From Bugula neritina (lineage: Eukaryota; Animalia; Bryozoa): a DNA stretch of 64,000 nucleotides. The stretch covers positions 620,001-684,000 of the forward strand of contig CAXIUT010000103.1 of NCBI GenBank assembly GCA_964035545.1. Direction: 5' to 3'. The notes below the pieces were generated by a model. That model was not told where the DNA came from. It did not search any database and worked only from the letters and a program-made list of their open reading frames with translations. Below, in pieces: positions 1-12,900 of the stretch; position 1 is the first letter of the stretch; each line of letters begins with the position of its first letter. The position numbers and the translations under genes are program-made.

Positions 1-945
1 ACTCATCACTTGCATGTGTTTATAGACTTGATAAATTTTTTTATGCAAAACTTGATGCCTGCTTCAAAGACACCAGTGCTTAATTACTGTGTTAACTGTA
101 TTGGCACGTTGCCATGAGATATTTGGTAATATTTCGCATCACAACAAACTCTTCAGAAAGTTAAGAAAATCAGTCTAGAAAGTTAATGAAATAAACCTAC
201 CAGAAAGAGTAAGCCAGATGTAACAAGTAGATCCAAAACAAGTTGATTAACAATTGAAGTTGAAATCTCCATGTAGTCAACACTTTAGTCCTAATGTCAA
301 ATGCAAACGTCTGCAATCAAACTGTGTAGACTTCATGAGCTGGTTAGCTGAAAGGACTCATTAAAGTTCTTAACTCTTGTGTGTATAGTGATGCCCATCT
401 TGAACTAGAGAGGGCTGACTGAAGACTGCTACTTTGTGAAAATTGACAATGCATATTATTATTATTCATTGTTTAGATTCACGACTGCCATAAACAATGA
501 TAAAATATTCATTGTTGGTACTACTGAGTAGAATAAAATATAATATAATATTATTTTCTGGACAAATAAATAATATCAAATGCATATTATAACTTACCAT
601 AAATCTACAGTGCTTCACATCTTCACTTTTTTCTGCAATGTTATTTCTTTGCAGTTAGAAGTACTAGTTGAAAATATGACTATGAAACATAACCCTTCAA
701 TTTCATTGCACCAGCACCAGTTGCAAGATAGGTGTGTTGGGAGTTATCTTTCCCAAAATTTTGTTCTTTGTGTTTATACGAAGCAGACACAGGCTAATAT
801 TAGTTTTGTTATTTGCAAGAGTTTTTCTGTCTGATTGTCCATCAGCAAAAGTTTGGCCTTGCAGTTATTATGGAAATACCAGTGATGCTGGAAGACCTTT
901 GCATTGTACACCCGCTTTTACTATTGAATTTAGATGTTTTATTTT

Positions 946-974
946 CCCATCCCCTCTCCTGCCCCCCTGTCCCC
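946..974 (-). other. G-quadruplex-forming motif (one per satellite unit; first copy given)
   Basis: The minus strand reads GGGG-ACA-GGGGGG-CAGGAGA-GGGG-AT-GGG, which fits four G3+ runs with 1-7-nt loops. Confidence 0.6.
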
Positions 975-3900
975 TCTAACAACCAGCAATCCTGACTCAT
1001 GTGAATTGTGTTATTGTTCTAGAGTTGGCCCATGGGCCTACAGTATACGATTTGAAGCTTTATAGTTTACAGGCAGTGGAGATGAGTCACTGCTAAAACC
1101 CATTTTGTTAGTAGACTATATTGCTCTTCAATCATCAGTTTTCATATTAAAAGAGAAAGCTCATCTGCAGCGCCATTTCACAGTGTTTTATTTTGCTAGA
1201 GCAATAACTAATTTTAGATGCCTTTGCAAACATATGAGAAATAAATGAGTGATTCTATGAAAAGAGGTGTTTGCAGCAACTGTCCACTTTTGATTTTTAA
1301 GCGGCATGGAAACTTTTGTAGTTTTAAATAATATCTCCAAACTCATCACTTGCATGTGTTTATAGACTTGATAAATTTTTTTATGCAAAACTTGATGCCT
1401 GCTTCAAAGACACCAGTGCTTAATTACTGTGTTAACTGTATTGGCACGTTGCCATGAGATATTTGGTAATATTTCGCATCACAACAAACTCTTCAGAAAG
1501 TTAAGAAAATCAGTCTAGAAAGTTAATGAAATAAACCTACCAGAAAGAGTAAGCCAGATGTAACAAGTAGATCCAAAACAAGTTGATTAACAATTGAAGT
1601 TGAAATCTCCATGTAGTCAACACTTTAGTCCTAATGTCAAATGCAAACGTCTGCAATCAAACTGTGTAGACTTCATGAGCTGGTTAGCTGAAAGGACTCA
1701 TTAAAGTTCTTAACTCTTGTGTGTATAGTGATGCCCATCTTGAACTAGAGAGGGCTGACTGAAGACTGCTACTTTGTGAAAATTGACAATGCATATTATT
1801 ATTATTCATTGTTTAGATTCACGACTGCCATAAACAATGATAAAATATTCATTGTTGGTACTACTGAGTAGAATAAAATATAATATAATATTATTTTCTG
1901 GACAAATAAATAATATCAAATGCATATTATAACTTACCATAAATCTACAGTGCTTCACATCTTCACTTTTTTCTGCAATGTTATTTCTTTGCAGTTAGAA
2001 GTACTAGTTGAAAATATGACTATGAAACATAACCCTTCAATTTCATTGCACCAGCACCAGTTGCAAGATAGGTGTGTTGGGAGTTATCTTTCCCAAAATT
2101 TTGTTCTTTGTGTTTATACGAAGCAGACACAGGCTAATATTAGTTTTGTTATTTGCAAGAGTTTTTCTGTCTGATTGTCCATCAGCAAAAGTTTGGCCTT
2201 GCAGTTATTATGGAAATACCAGTGATGCTGGAAGACCTTTGCATTGTACACCCGCTTTTACTATTGAATTTAGATGTTTTATTTTCCCATCCCCTCTCCT
2301 GCCCCCCTGTCCCTTCTAACAACCAGCAATCCTGACTCATGTGAATTGTGTTATTGTTCTAGAGTTGGCCCATGGGCCTACAGTATACGATTTGAAGCTT
2401 TATAGTTTACAGGCAGTGGAGATGAGTCACTGCTAAAACCCATTTTGTTAGTAGACTATATTGCTCTTCAATCATCAGTTTTCATATTAAAAGAGAAAGC
2501 TCATCTGCAGCGCCATTTCACAGTGTTTTATTTTGCTAGAGCAATAACTAATTTTAGATGCCTTTGCAAACATATGAGAAATAAATGAGTGATTCTATGA
2601 AAAGAGGTGTTTGCAGCAACTGTCCACTTTTGATTTTTAAGCGGCATGGAAACTTTTGTAGTTTTAAATAATATCTCCAAACTCATCACTTGCATGTGTT
2701 TATAGACTTGATAAATTTTTTTATGCAAAACTTGATGCCTGCTTCAAAGACACCAGTGCTTAATTACTGTGTTAACTGTATTGGCACGTTGCCATGAGAT
2801 ATTTGGTAATATTTCGCATCACAACAAACTCTTCAGAAAGTTAAGAAAATCAGTCTAGAAAGTTAATGAAATAAACCTACCAGAAAGAGTAAGCCAGATG
2901 TAACAAGTAGATCCAAAACAAGTTGATTAACAATTGAAGTTGAAATCTCCATGTAGTCAACACTTTAGTCCTAATGTCAAATGCAAACGTCTGCAATCAA
3001 ACTGTGTAGACTTCATGAGCTGGTTAGCTGAAAGGACTCATTAAAGTTCTTAACTCTTGTGTGTATAGTGATGCCCATCTTGAACTAGAGAGGGCTGACT
3101 GAAGACTGCTACTTTGTGAAAATTGACAATGCATATTATTATTATTCATTGTTGAGATTCACGACTGCCATAAACAATGATAAAATATTCATTGTTGGTA
3201 GTACTGAGTAGAATAAAATATAATATAATATTATTTTCTGGACAAATAAATAATATCAAATGCATATTATAACTTACCATAAATCTACAGTGCTTCACAT
3301 CTTCACCTTTTTCTGCAATGTTGATTCTTTGCAGTTAGAAGTACTAGTTGAAAATATGACTATGAAACATAACCCTTCAATTTCATTGCACCAGCACCAG
3401 TTGCAAGATAGGTGTGTTGGGAGTTATCTTTCCCAAAATTTTGTTCTTTGTGTTTATACGAAGCAGACACAGGCTAATATTAGTTTTGTTATTTGCAAGA
3501 GTTTTTCTGTCTGATTGTCCATCAGCAAAAGTTTGGCCTTGCAGTTATTATGGAAATACCAGTGATGCTGGAAGACCTTTGCATTGTACACCCGCTTTTA
3601 CTATTGAATTTAGATGTTTTATTTTCCCATCCCCTCTCCTGCCCCCCTGTCCCCTCTAACAACCAGCAATCCTGACTCATGTGAATTGTGTTATTGTTCT
3701 AGAGTTGGCCCATGGGCCTACAGTATACGATTTGAAGCTTTATAGTTTACAGGCAGTGGAGATGAGTCACTGCTAAAACCCATTTTGTTAGTAGACTATA
3801 TTGCTCTTCAATCATCAGTTTTCATATTAAAAGAGAAAGCTCATCTGCAGCGCCATTTCACAGTGTTTTATTTTGCTAGAGCAATAACTAATTTTAGATG

Positions 3901-6900
3901 CCTTTGCAAACATATGAGAAATAAATGAGTGATTCTATGAAAAGAGGTGTTTGCAGCAATTGTCCACTTTTGATTTACAAGCGGCATGGAAACTTTTGTA
4001 GTTTTAAATAATATCTCCAAACTCATCACTTGCATGTGTTTATAGACTTGATAAATTTTTTTATGCAAAACTTGATGCCTGCTTCAAAGACACCAGTGCT
4101 TAATTACTGTGTTAACTGTATTGGCACGTTGCCATGAGATATTTGGTAATATTTCGCATCACAACAAACTCTTCAGAAAGTTAAGAAAATCAGTCTAGAA
4201 AGTTAATGAAATAAACCTACCAGAAAGAGTAAGCCAGATGTAACAAGTAGATCCAAAACAAGTTGATTAACAATTGAAGTTGAAATCTCCATGTAGTCAA
4301 CACTTTAGTCCTAATGTCAAATGCAAACGTCTGCAACCAAACTGTGTAGACTTCATGAGCTGGTTAGCTGAAAGGACTCATTAAAGTTCTTAACTCTTGT
4401 GTGTATAGTGATGCCCATCTTGAACTAGAGAGGGCTGACTGAAGACTGCTACTTTGTGAAAATTGACAATGCATATTATTATTATTCATTGTTTAGATTC
4501 ACGACTGCCATAAACAATGATAAAATATTCATTGTTGGTACTACTGAGTAGAATAAAATATAATATAATATTATTTTCTGGACAAATAAATAATATCAAA
4601 TGCATATTATAACTTACCATAAATCTACAGTGCTTCACATCTTCACTTTTTTCTGCAATGTTATTTCTTTGCAGTTAGAAGTACTAGTTGAAAATATGAC
4701 TATGAAACATAACCCTTCAATTTCATTGCACCAGCACCAGTTGCAAGATAGGTGTGTTGGGAGTTATCTTTCCCAAAATTTTGTTCTTTGTGTTTATACG
4801 AAGCAGACACAGGCTAATATTAGTTTTGTTATTTGCAAGAGTTTTTCTGTCTGATTGTCCATCAGCAAAAGTTTGGCCTTGCAGTTATTATGGAAATACC
4901 AGTGATGCTGGAAGACCTTTGCATTGTACACCCGCTTTTACTATTGAATTTAGATGTTTTATTTTCCCATCCCCTCTCCTGCCCCCCTGTCCCCTCTAAC
5001 AACCAGCAATCCTGACTCATGTGAATTGTGTTATTGTTCTAGAGTTGGCCCATGGGCCTACAGTATACGATTTGAAGCTTTATAGTTTACAGGCAGTGGA
5101 GATGAGTCACTGCTAAAACCCATTTTGTTAGTAGACTATATTGCTCTTCAATCATCAGTTTTCATATTAAAAGAGAAAGCTCATCTGCAGCGCCATTTCA
5201 CAGTGTTTTATTTTGCTAGAGCAATAACTAATTTTAGATGCCTTTGCAAACATATGAGAAATAAATGAGTGATTCTATGAAAAGAGGTGTTTGCAGCAAC
5301 TGTCCACTTTTGATTTTTAAGCGGCATGGAAACTTTTGTAGTTTTAAATAATATCTCCAAACTCATCACTTGCATGTGTTTATAGACTTGATAAATTTTT
5401 TTATGCAAAACTTGATGCCTGCTTCAAAGACACCAGTGCTTAATTACTGTGTTAACTGTATTGGCAGTTGCCATGAGATATTTGGTAATATTTCGCATCA
5501 CAACAAACTCTTCAGAAAGTTAAGAAAATCAGTCTAGAAAGTTAATGAAATAAACCTACCAGAAAGAGTAAGCCAGATGTAACAAGTAGATCCAAAACAA
5601 GTTGATTAACAATTGAAGTTGAAATCTCCATGTAGTCAACACTTTAGTCCTAATGTCAAATGCAAACGTCTGCAATCAAACTGTGTAGACTTCATGAGCT
5701 GGTTAGCTGAAAGGACTCATTAAAGTTCTTAACTCTTGTGTGTATAGTGATGCCCATCTTGAACTAGAGAGGGCTGACTGAAGACTGCTACTTTGTGAAA
5801 ATTGACAATGCATATTATTATTATTCATTGTTTAGATTCACGACTGCCATAAACAATGATAAAATATTCATTGTTGGTACTACTGAGTAGAATAAAATAT
5901 AATATAATATTATTTTCTGGACAAATAAATAATATCAAATGCATATTATAACTTACCATAAATCTACAGTGCTTCACATCTTCACTTTTTTCTGCAATGT
6001 TATTTCTTTGCAGTTAGAAGTACTAGTTGAAAATATGACTATGAAACATAACCCTTCAATTTCATTGCACCAGCACCAGTTGCAAGATAGGTGTGTTGGG
6101 AGTTATCTTTCCCAAAATTTTGTTCTTTGTGTTTATACGAAGCAGACACAGGCTAATATTAGTTTTGTTATTTGCAAGAGTTTTTCTGTCTGATTGTCCA
6201 TCAGCAAAAGTTTGGCCTTGCAGTTATTATGGAAATACCAGTGATGCTGGAAGACCTTTGCATTGTACACCCGCTTTTACTATTGAATTTAGATGTTTTA
6301 TTTTCCCATCCCCTCTCCTGCCCCCCTGTCCCCTCTAACAACCAGCAATCCTGACTCATGTGAATTGTGTTATTGTTCTAGAGTTGGCCCATGGGCCTAC
6401 AGTATACGATTTGAAGCTTTATAGTTTACAGGCAGTGGAGATGAGTCACTGCTAAAACCCATTTTGTTAGTAGACTATATTGCTCTTCAATCATCAGTTT
6501 TCATATTAAAAGAGAAAGCTCATCTGCAGCGCCATTTCACAGTGTTTTATTTTGCTAGAGCAATAACTAATTTTAGATGCCTTTGCAAACATATGAGAAA
6601 TAAATGAGTGATTCTATGAAAAGAGGTGTTTGCAGCAACTGTCCACTTTTGATTTTTAAGCGGCATGGAAACTTTTGTAGTTTTAAATAATATCTCCAAA
6701 CTCATCACTTGCATGTGTTTATAGACTTGATAAATTTTTTTATGCAAAACTTGATGCCTGCTTCAAAGACACCAGTGCTTAATTACTGTGTTAACTGTAT
6801 TGGCACGTTGCCATGAGATATTTGGTAATATTTCGCATCACAACAAACTCTTCAGAAAGTTAAGAAAATCAGTCTAGAAAGTTAATGAAATAAACCTACC

Positions 6901-9900
6901 AGAAAGAGTAAGCCAGATGTAACAAGTAGATCCAAAACAAGTTGATTAACAATTGAAGTTGAAATCTCCATGTAGTCAACACTTTAGTCCTAATGTCAAA
7001 TGCAAACGTCTGCAATCAAACTGTGTAGACTTCATGAGCTGGTTAGCTGAAAGGACTCATTAAAGTTCTTAACTCTTGTGTGTATAGTGATGCCCATCTT
7101 GAACTAGAGAGGGCTGACTGAAGACTGCTACTTTGTGAAAATTGACAATGCATATTATTATTATTCATTGTTTAGATTCACGACTGCCATAAACAATGAT
7201 AAAATATTCATTGTTGGTACTACTGAGTAGAATAAAATATAATATAATATTATTTTCTGGACAAATAAATAATATCAAATGCATATTATAACTTACCATA
7301 AATCTACAGTGCTTCACATCTTCACTTTTTTCTGCAATGTTATTTCTTTGCAGTTAGAAGTACTAGTTGAAAATATGACTATGAAACATAACCCTTCAAT
7401 TTCATTGCACCAGCACCAGTTGCAAGATAGGTGTGTTGGGAGTTATCTTTCCCAAAATTTTGTTCTTTGTGTTTATACGAAGCAGACACAGGCTAATATT
7501 AGTTTTGTTATTTGCAAGAGTTTTTCTGTCTGATTGTCCATCAGCAAAAGTTTGGCCTTGCAGTTATTATGGAAATACCAGTGATGCTGGAAGACCTTTG
7601 CATTGTACACCCGCTTTTACTATTGAATTTAGATGTTTTATTTTCCCATCCCCTCTCCTGCCCCCCTGTCCCCTCTAACAACCAGCAATCCTGACTCATG
7701 TGAATTGTGTTATTGTTCTAGAGTTGGCCCATGGGCCTACAGTATACGATTTGAAGCTTTATAGTTTACAGGCAGTGGAGATGAGTCACTGCTAAAACCC
7801 ATTTTGTTAGTAGACTATATTGCTCTTCAATCATCAGTTTTCATATTAAAAGAGAAAGCTCATCTGCAGCGCCATTTCACAGTGTTTTATTTTGCTAGAG
7901 CAATAACTAATTTTAGATGCCTTTGCAAACATATGAGAAATAAATGAGTGATTCTATGAAAAGAGGTGTTTGCAGCAACTGTCCACTTTTGATTTTTAAG
8001 CGGCATGGAAACTTTTGTAGTTTTAAATAATATCTCCAAACTCATCACTTGCATGTGTTTATAGACTTGATAAATTTTTTTATGCAAAACTTGATGCCTG
8101 CTTCAAAGACACCAGTGCTTAATTACTGTGTTAACTGTATTGGCACGTTGCCATGAGATATTTGGTAATATTTCGCATCACAACAAACTCTTCAGAAAGT
8201 TAAGAAAATCAGTCTAGAAAGTTAATGAAATAAACCTACCAGAAAGAGTAAGCCAGATGTAACAAGTAGATCCAAAACAAGTTGATTAACAATTGAAGTT
8301 GAAATCTCCATGTAGTCAACACTTTAGTCCTAATGTCAAATGCAAACGTCTGCAATCAAACTGTGTAGACTTCATGAGCTGGTTAGCTGAAAGGACTCAT
8401 TAAAGTTCTTAACTCTTGTGTGTATAGTGATGCCCATCTTGAACTAGAGAGGGCTGACTGAAGACTGCTACTTTGTGAAAATTGACAATGCATATTATTA
8501 TTATTCATTGTTGAGATTCACGACTGCCATAAACAATGATAAAATATTCATTGTTGGTAGTACTGAGTAGAATAAAATATAATATAATATTATTTTCTGG
8601 ACAAATAAATAATATCAAATGCATATTATAACTTACCATAAATCTACAGTGCTTCACATCTTCACCTTTTTCTGCAATGTTGATTCTTTGCAGTTAGAAG
8701 TACTAGTTGAAAATATGACTATGAAACATAACCCTTCAATTTCATTGCACCAGCACCAGTTGCAAGATAGGTGTGTTGGGAGTTATCTTTCCCAAAATTT
8801 TGTTCTTTGTGTTTATACGAAGCAGACACAGGCTAATATTAGTTTTGTTATTTGCAAGAGTTTTTCTGTCTGATTGTCCATCAGCAAAAGTTTGGCCTTG
8901 CAGTTATTATGGAAATACCAGTGATGCTGGAAGACCTTTGCATTGTACACCCGCTTTTACTATTGAATTTAGATGTTTTATTTTCCCATCCCCTCTCCTG
9001 CCCCCCTGTCCCCTCTAACAACCAGCAATCCTGACTCATGTGAATTGTGTTATTGTTCTAGAGTTGGCCCATGGGCCTACAGTATACGATTTGAAGCTTT
9101 ATAGTTTACAGGCAGTGGAGATGAGTCACTGCTAAAACCCATTTTGTTAGTAGACTATATTGCTCTTCAATCATCAGTTTTCATATTAAAAGAGAAAGCT
9201 CATCTGCAGCGCCATTTCACAGTGTTTTATTTTGCTAGAGCAATAACTAATTTTAGATGCCTTTGCAAACATATGAGAAATAAATGAGTGATTCTATGAA
9301 AAGAGGTGTTTGCAGCAATTGTCCACTTTTGATTTACAAGCGGCATGGAAACTTTTGTAGTTTTAAATAATATCTCCAAACTCATCACTTGCATGTGTTC
9401 ATAGACTTGATAAATTTTTTTATGCAAAACTTGATGCCTGCTTCAAAGACACCAGTGCTTAATTACTGTGTTAACTGTATTGGCACGTTGCCATGAGATA
9501 TTTGGTAATATTTCGCATCACAACAAACTCTTCAGAAAGTTAAGAAAATCAGTCTAGAAAGTTAATGAAATAAACCTACCAGAAAGAGTAAGCCAGATGT
9601 AACAAGTAGATCCAAAACAAGTTGATTAACAATTGAAGTTGAAATCTCCATGTAGTCAACACTTTAGTCCTAATGTCAAATGCAAACGTCTGCAATCAAA
9701 CTGTGTAGACTTCATGAGCTGGTTAGCTGAAAGGACTCATTAAAGTTCTTAACTCTTGTGTGTATAGTGATGCCCATCTTGAACTAGAGAGGGCTGACTG
9801 AAGACTGCTACTTTGTCAAAATTGACAATGCATATTATTATTATTCATTGTTGAGATTCACGACTGCCATAAACAATGATAAAATATTCATTGTTGGTAC

Positions 9901-12900
9901 TACTGAGTAGAATAAAATATAATATAATATTATTTTCTGGACAAATAAATAATATCAAATGCATATTATAATTTACCATAAATCTACAGTGCTTCACATC
10001 TTCACTTTTTTCTGCAATGTTATTTCTTTGCAGTTAGAAGTACTAGTTGAAAATATGACTATGAAACATAACCCTTCAATTTCATTGCACCAGCACCAGT
10101 TGCGAGATAGGTGTGTTGGGCGTTATCTTTCCCAAAATTTTGTTCTTTGTGTTTATACGAAGCAGACACAGGCTAATATTAGTTTTGTTATTTGCAAGAG
10201 TTTTTCTGTCTGATTGTCCATCAGCAAAAGTTTGGCCTTGCAGTTATTATGGAAATACCATTGATGCTGGAAGACCTTTGCATTGTACACCCGCTTTTAC
10301 TATTGAATTTAGATGTTTTATTTTCCCATCCCCTCTCCTGCCCCCCCTGTCCCCTCTAACAACCAGCAATCCTGACTCATGTGAATTGTGTTATTGTTCT
10401 AGAGTTGGCCCATGGGCCTACAGTATACGATTTGAAGCTTTATAGTTTACAGGCAGTGGAGATGAGTCACTGCTAAAACCCATTTTGTTAGTAGACTATA
10501 TTGCTCTTCAATCATCAGTTTTCATATTAAAAGAGAAAGCTCATCTGCAGCGCCATTTCACAGTGTTTTATTTTGCTAGAGCAATAACTAATTTTAGATG
10601 CCTTTGCAAACATATGAGAAATAAATGAGTGATTCTATGAAAAGAGGTGTTTGCAGCAATTGTCCACTTTTGATTTACAAGCGGCATGGAAACTTTTGTA
10701 GTTTTAAATAATATCTCCAAACTCATCACTTGCATGTGTTTATAGACTTGATAAATTTTTTTATGCAAAACTTGATGCCTGCTTCAAAGACACCAGTGCT
10801 TAATTACTGTGTTAACTGTATTGGCACGTTGCCATGAGATATTTGGTAATATTTCGCATCACAACAAACTCTTCAGAAAGTTAAGAAAATCAGTCTAGAA
10901 AGTTAATGAAATAAACCTACCAGAAAGAGTAAGCCAGATGTAATAAGTAGATCCAAAACAAGTTGATTAACAATTGAAGTTGAAATCTCCATGTAGTCAA
11001 CACTTTAGTCCTAATGTCAAATGCAAACGTCTGCAATCAAACTGTGTAGACTTCATGAGCTGGTTAGCTGAAAGGACTCATTAAAGTTCTTAACTCTTGT
11101 GTGTATAGTGATGCCCATCTTGAACTAGAGAGGGCTGACTGAAGACTGCTACTTTGTGAAAATTGACAATGCATATTATTATTATTCATTGTTGAGATTC
11201 ACGACTGCCATAAACAATGATAAAATATTCATTGTTGGTAGTACTGAGTAGAATAAAATATAATATAATATTATTTTCTGGACAAATAAATAATATCAAA
11301 TGCATATTATAACTTACCATAAATCTACTGTGCTTCACATCTTCACCTTTTTCTGCAATGTTATTTCTTTGCAGTTAGAAGTACTAGTTGAAAATATGAC
11401 TATGAAACATAACCCTTCAATTTCATTGCACCAGCAGCAGTTGCAAGATAGGTGTGTTGGGAGTTTTCTTTCCCAAAATTTTGTTCTTGGTGTTTATACG
11501 AAGCAGACACAGGCTAATATTAGTTTTGTTATTTGTAAGAGTTTTTCTGTCTGATTGTCCATCAGCAAAAGTTTGGCCTTGCAGTTATTATGGAAATACC
11601 ATTGATGCTGGAAGACCTTTGCATTGTACACCCGCTTTTACTATTGAATTTAGATGTTTTATTTTCCCATCCCCTCTCCTGCCCCCCCTGTCCCCTCTAA
11701 CAACCAGCAATCCTGACTCATGTGAATTGTGTTATTGTTCTAGAGTTGGCCCATGGGCCTACAGTATACGATTTGAAGCTTTATAGTTTACAGGCAGTGG
11801 AGATGAGTCACTGCTAAAACCCATTTTGTTAGTAGACTATTTTGCTCTTCAATCATCAGTTTTCATATTAAAAGAGAAAGCTCATCTGCAGCGCCATTTC
11901 ACAGTGTTTTATTTTGCTAGAGCAATAACTAATTTTAGATGCCTTTGCAAACATATGAGAAATAAATGAGTGATTCTATGAAAAGAGGTGTTTGCAGCAA
12001 TTGTCCACTTTTGATTTACAAGCGGCATGGAAACTTTTGTAGTTTTAAATAATATCTCCAAACTCATCACTTGCATGTGTTTATAGACTTGATAAATTTT
12101 TTTATGCAAAACTTGATGCCTGCTTCAAAGACACCAGTGCTTAATTACTGTGTTAACTGTATTGGCACGTTGCCATGAGATATTTGGTAATATTTCGCAT
12201 CACAACAAACTCTTCAGAAAGTTAAGAAAATCAGTCTAGAAAGTTAATGAAATAAACCTACCAGAAAGAGTAAGCCAGATGTAACAAGTAGATCCAAAAC
12301 AAGTTGATTAACAATTGAAGTTGAAATCTCCATGTAGTCAACACTTTAGTCCTAATGTCAAATGCAAACGTCTGCAATCAAACTGTGTAGACTTCATGAG
12401 CTGGTTAGCTGAAAGGACTCATTAAAGTTCTTAACTCTTGTGTGTATAGTGATGCCCATCTTGAACTAGAGAGGGCTGACTGAAGACTGCTACTTTGTGA
12501 AAATTGACAATGCATATTATTATTATTCATTGTTGAGATTCACGACTGCCATAAACAATGATAAAATATTCATTGTTGGTACTACTGAGTAGAATAAAAT
12601 ATAATATAATATTATTTTCTGGACAAATAAATAATATCAAATGCATATTATAATTTACCATAAATCTACAGTGCTTCACATCTTCACTTTTTTCTGCAAT
12701 GTTATTTCTTTGCAGTTAGAAGTACTAGTTGAAAATATGACTATGAAACATAACCCTTCAATTTCATTGCACCAGCACCAGTTGCAAGATAGGTGTGTTG
12801 GGCGTTATCTTTCCCAAAATTTTGTTCTTTGTGTTTATACGAAGCAGACACAGGCTAATATTAGTTTTGTTATTTGCAAGAGTTTTTCTGTCTGATTGTC

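Noticed and set aside
1-1340. Tandem 5S, U snRNA, SL RNA or histone gene unit
   Set aside because: No recognisable conserved sequence. ACTTACC at 592-598 only superficially resembles the U1 5' end and lacks the rest of U1.
580-1388. Repeating 60-110 aa ORFs in each satellite unit as a tandem gene family
   Set aside because: They are short, overlap in different frames and have no recognisable domain. They are freely frameshifted by poly-C length changes and broken by stops in some units (e.g. ~60594, ~62153).
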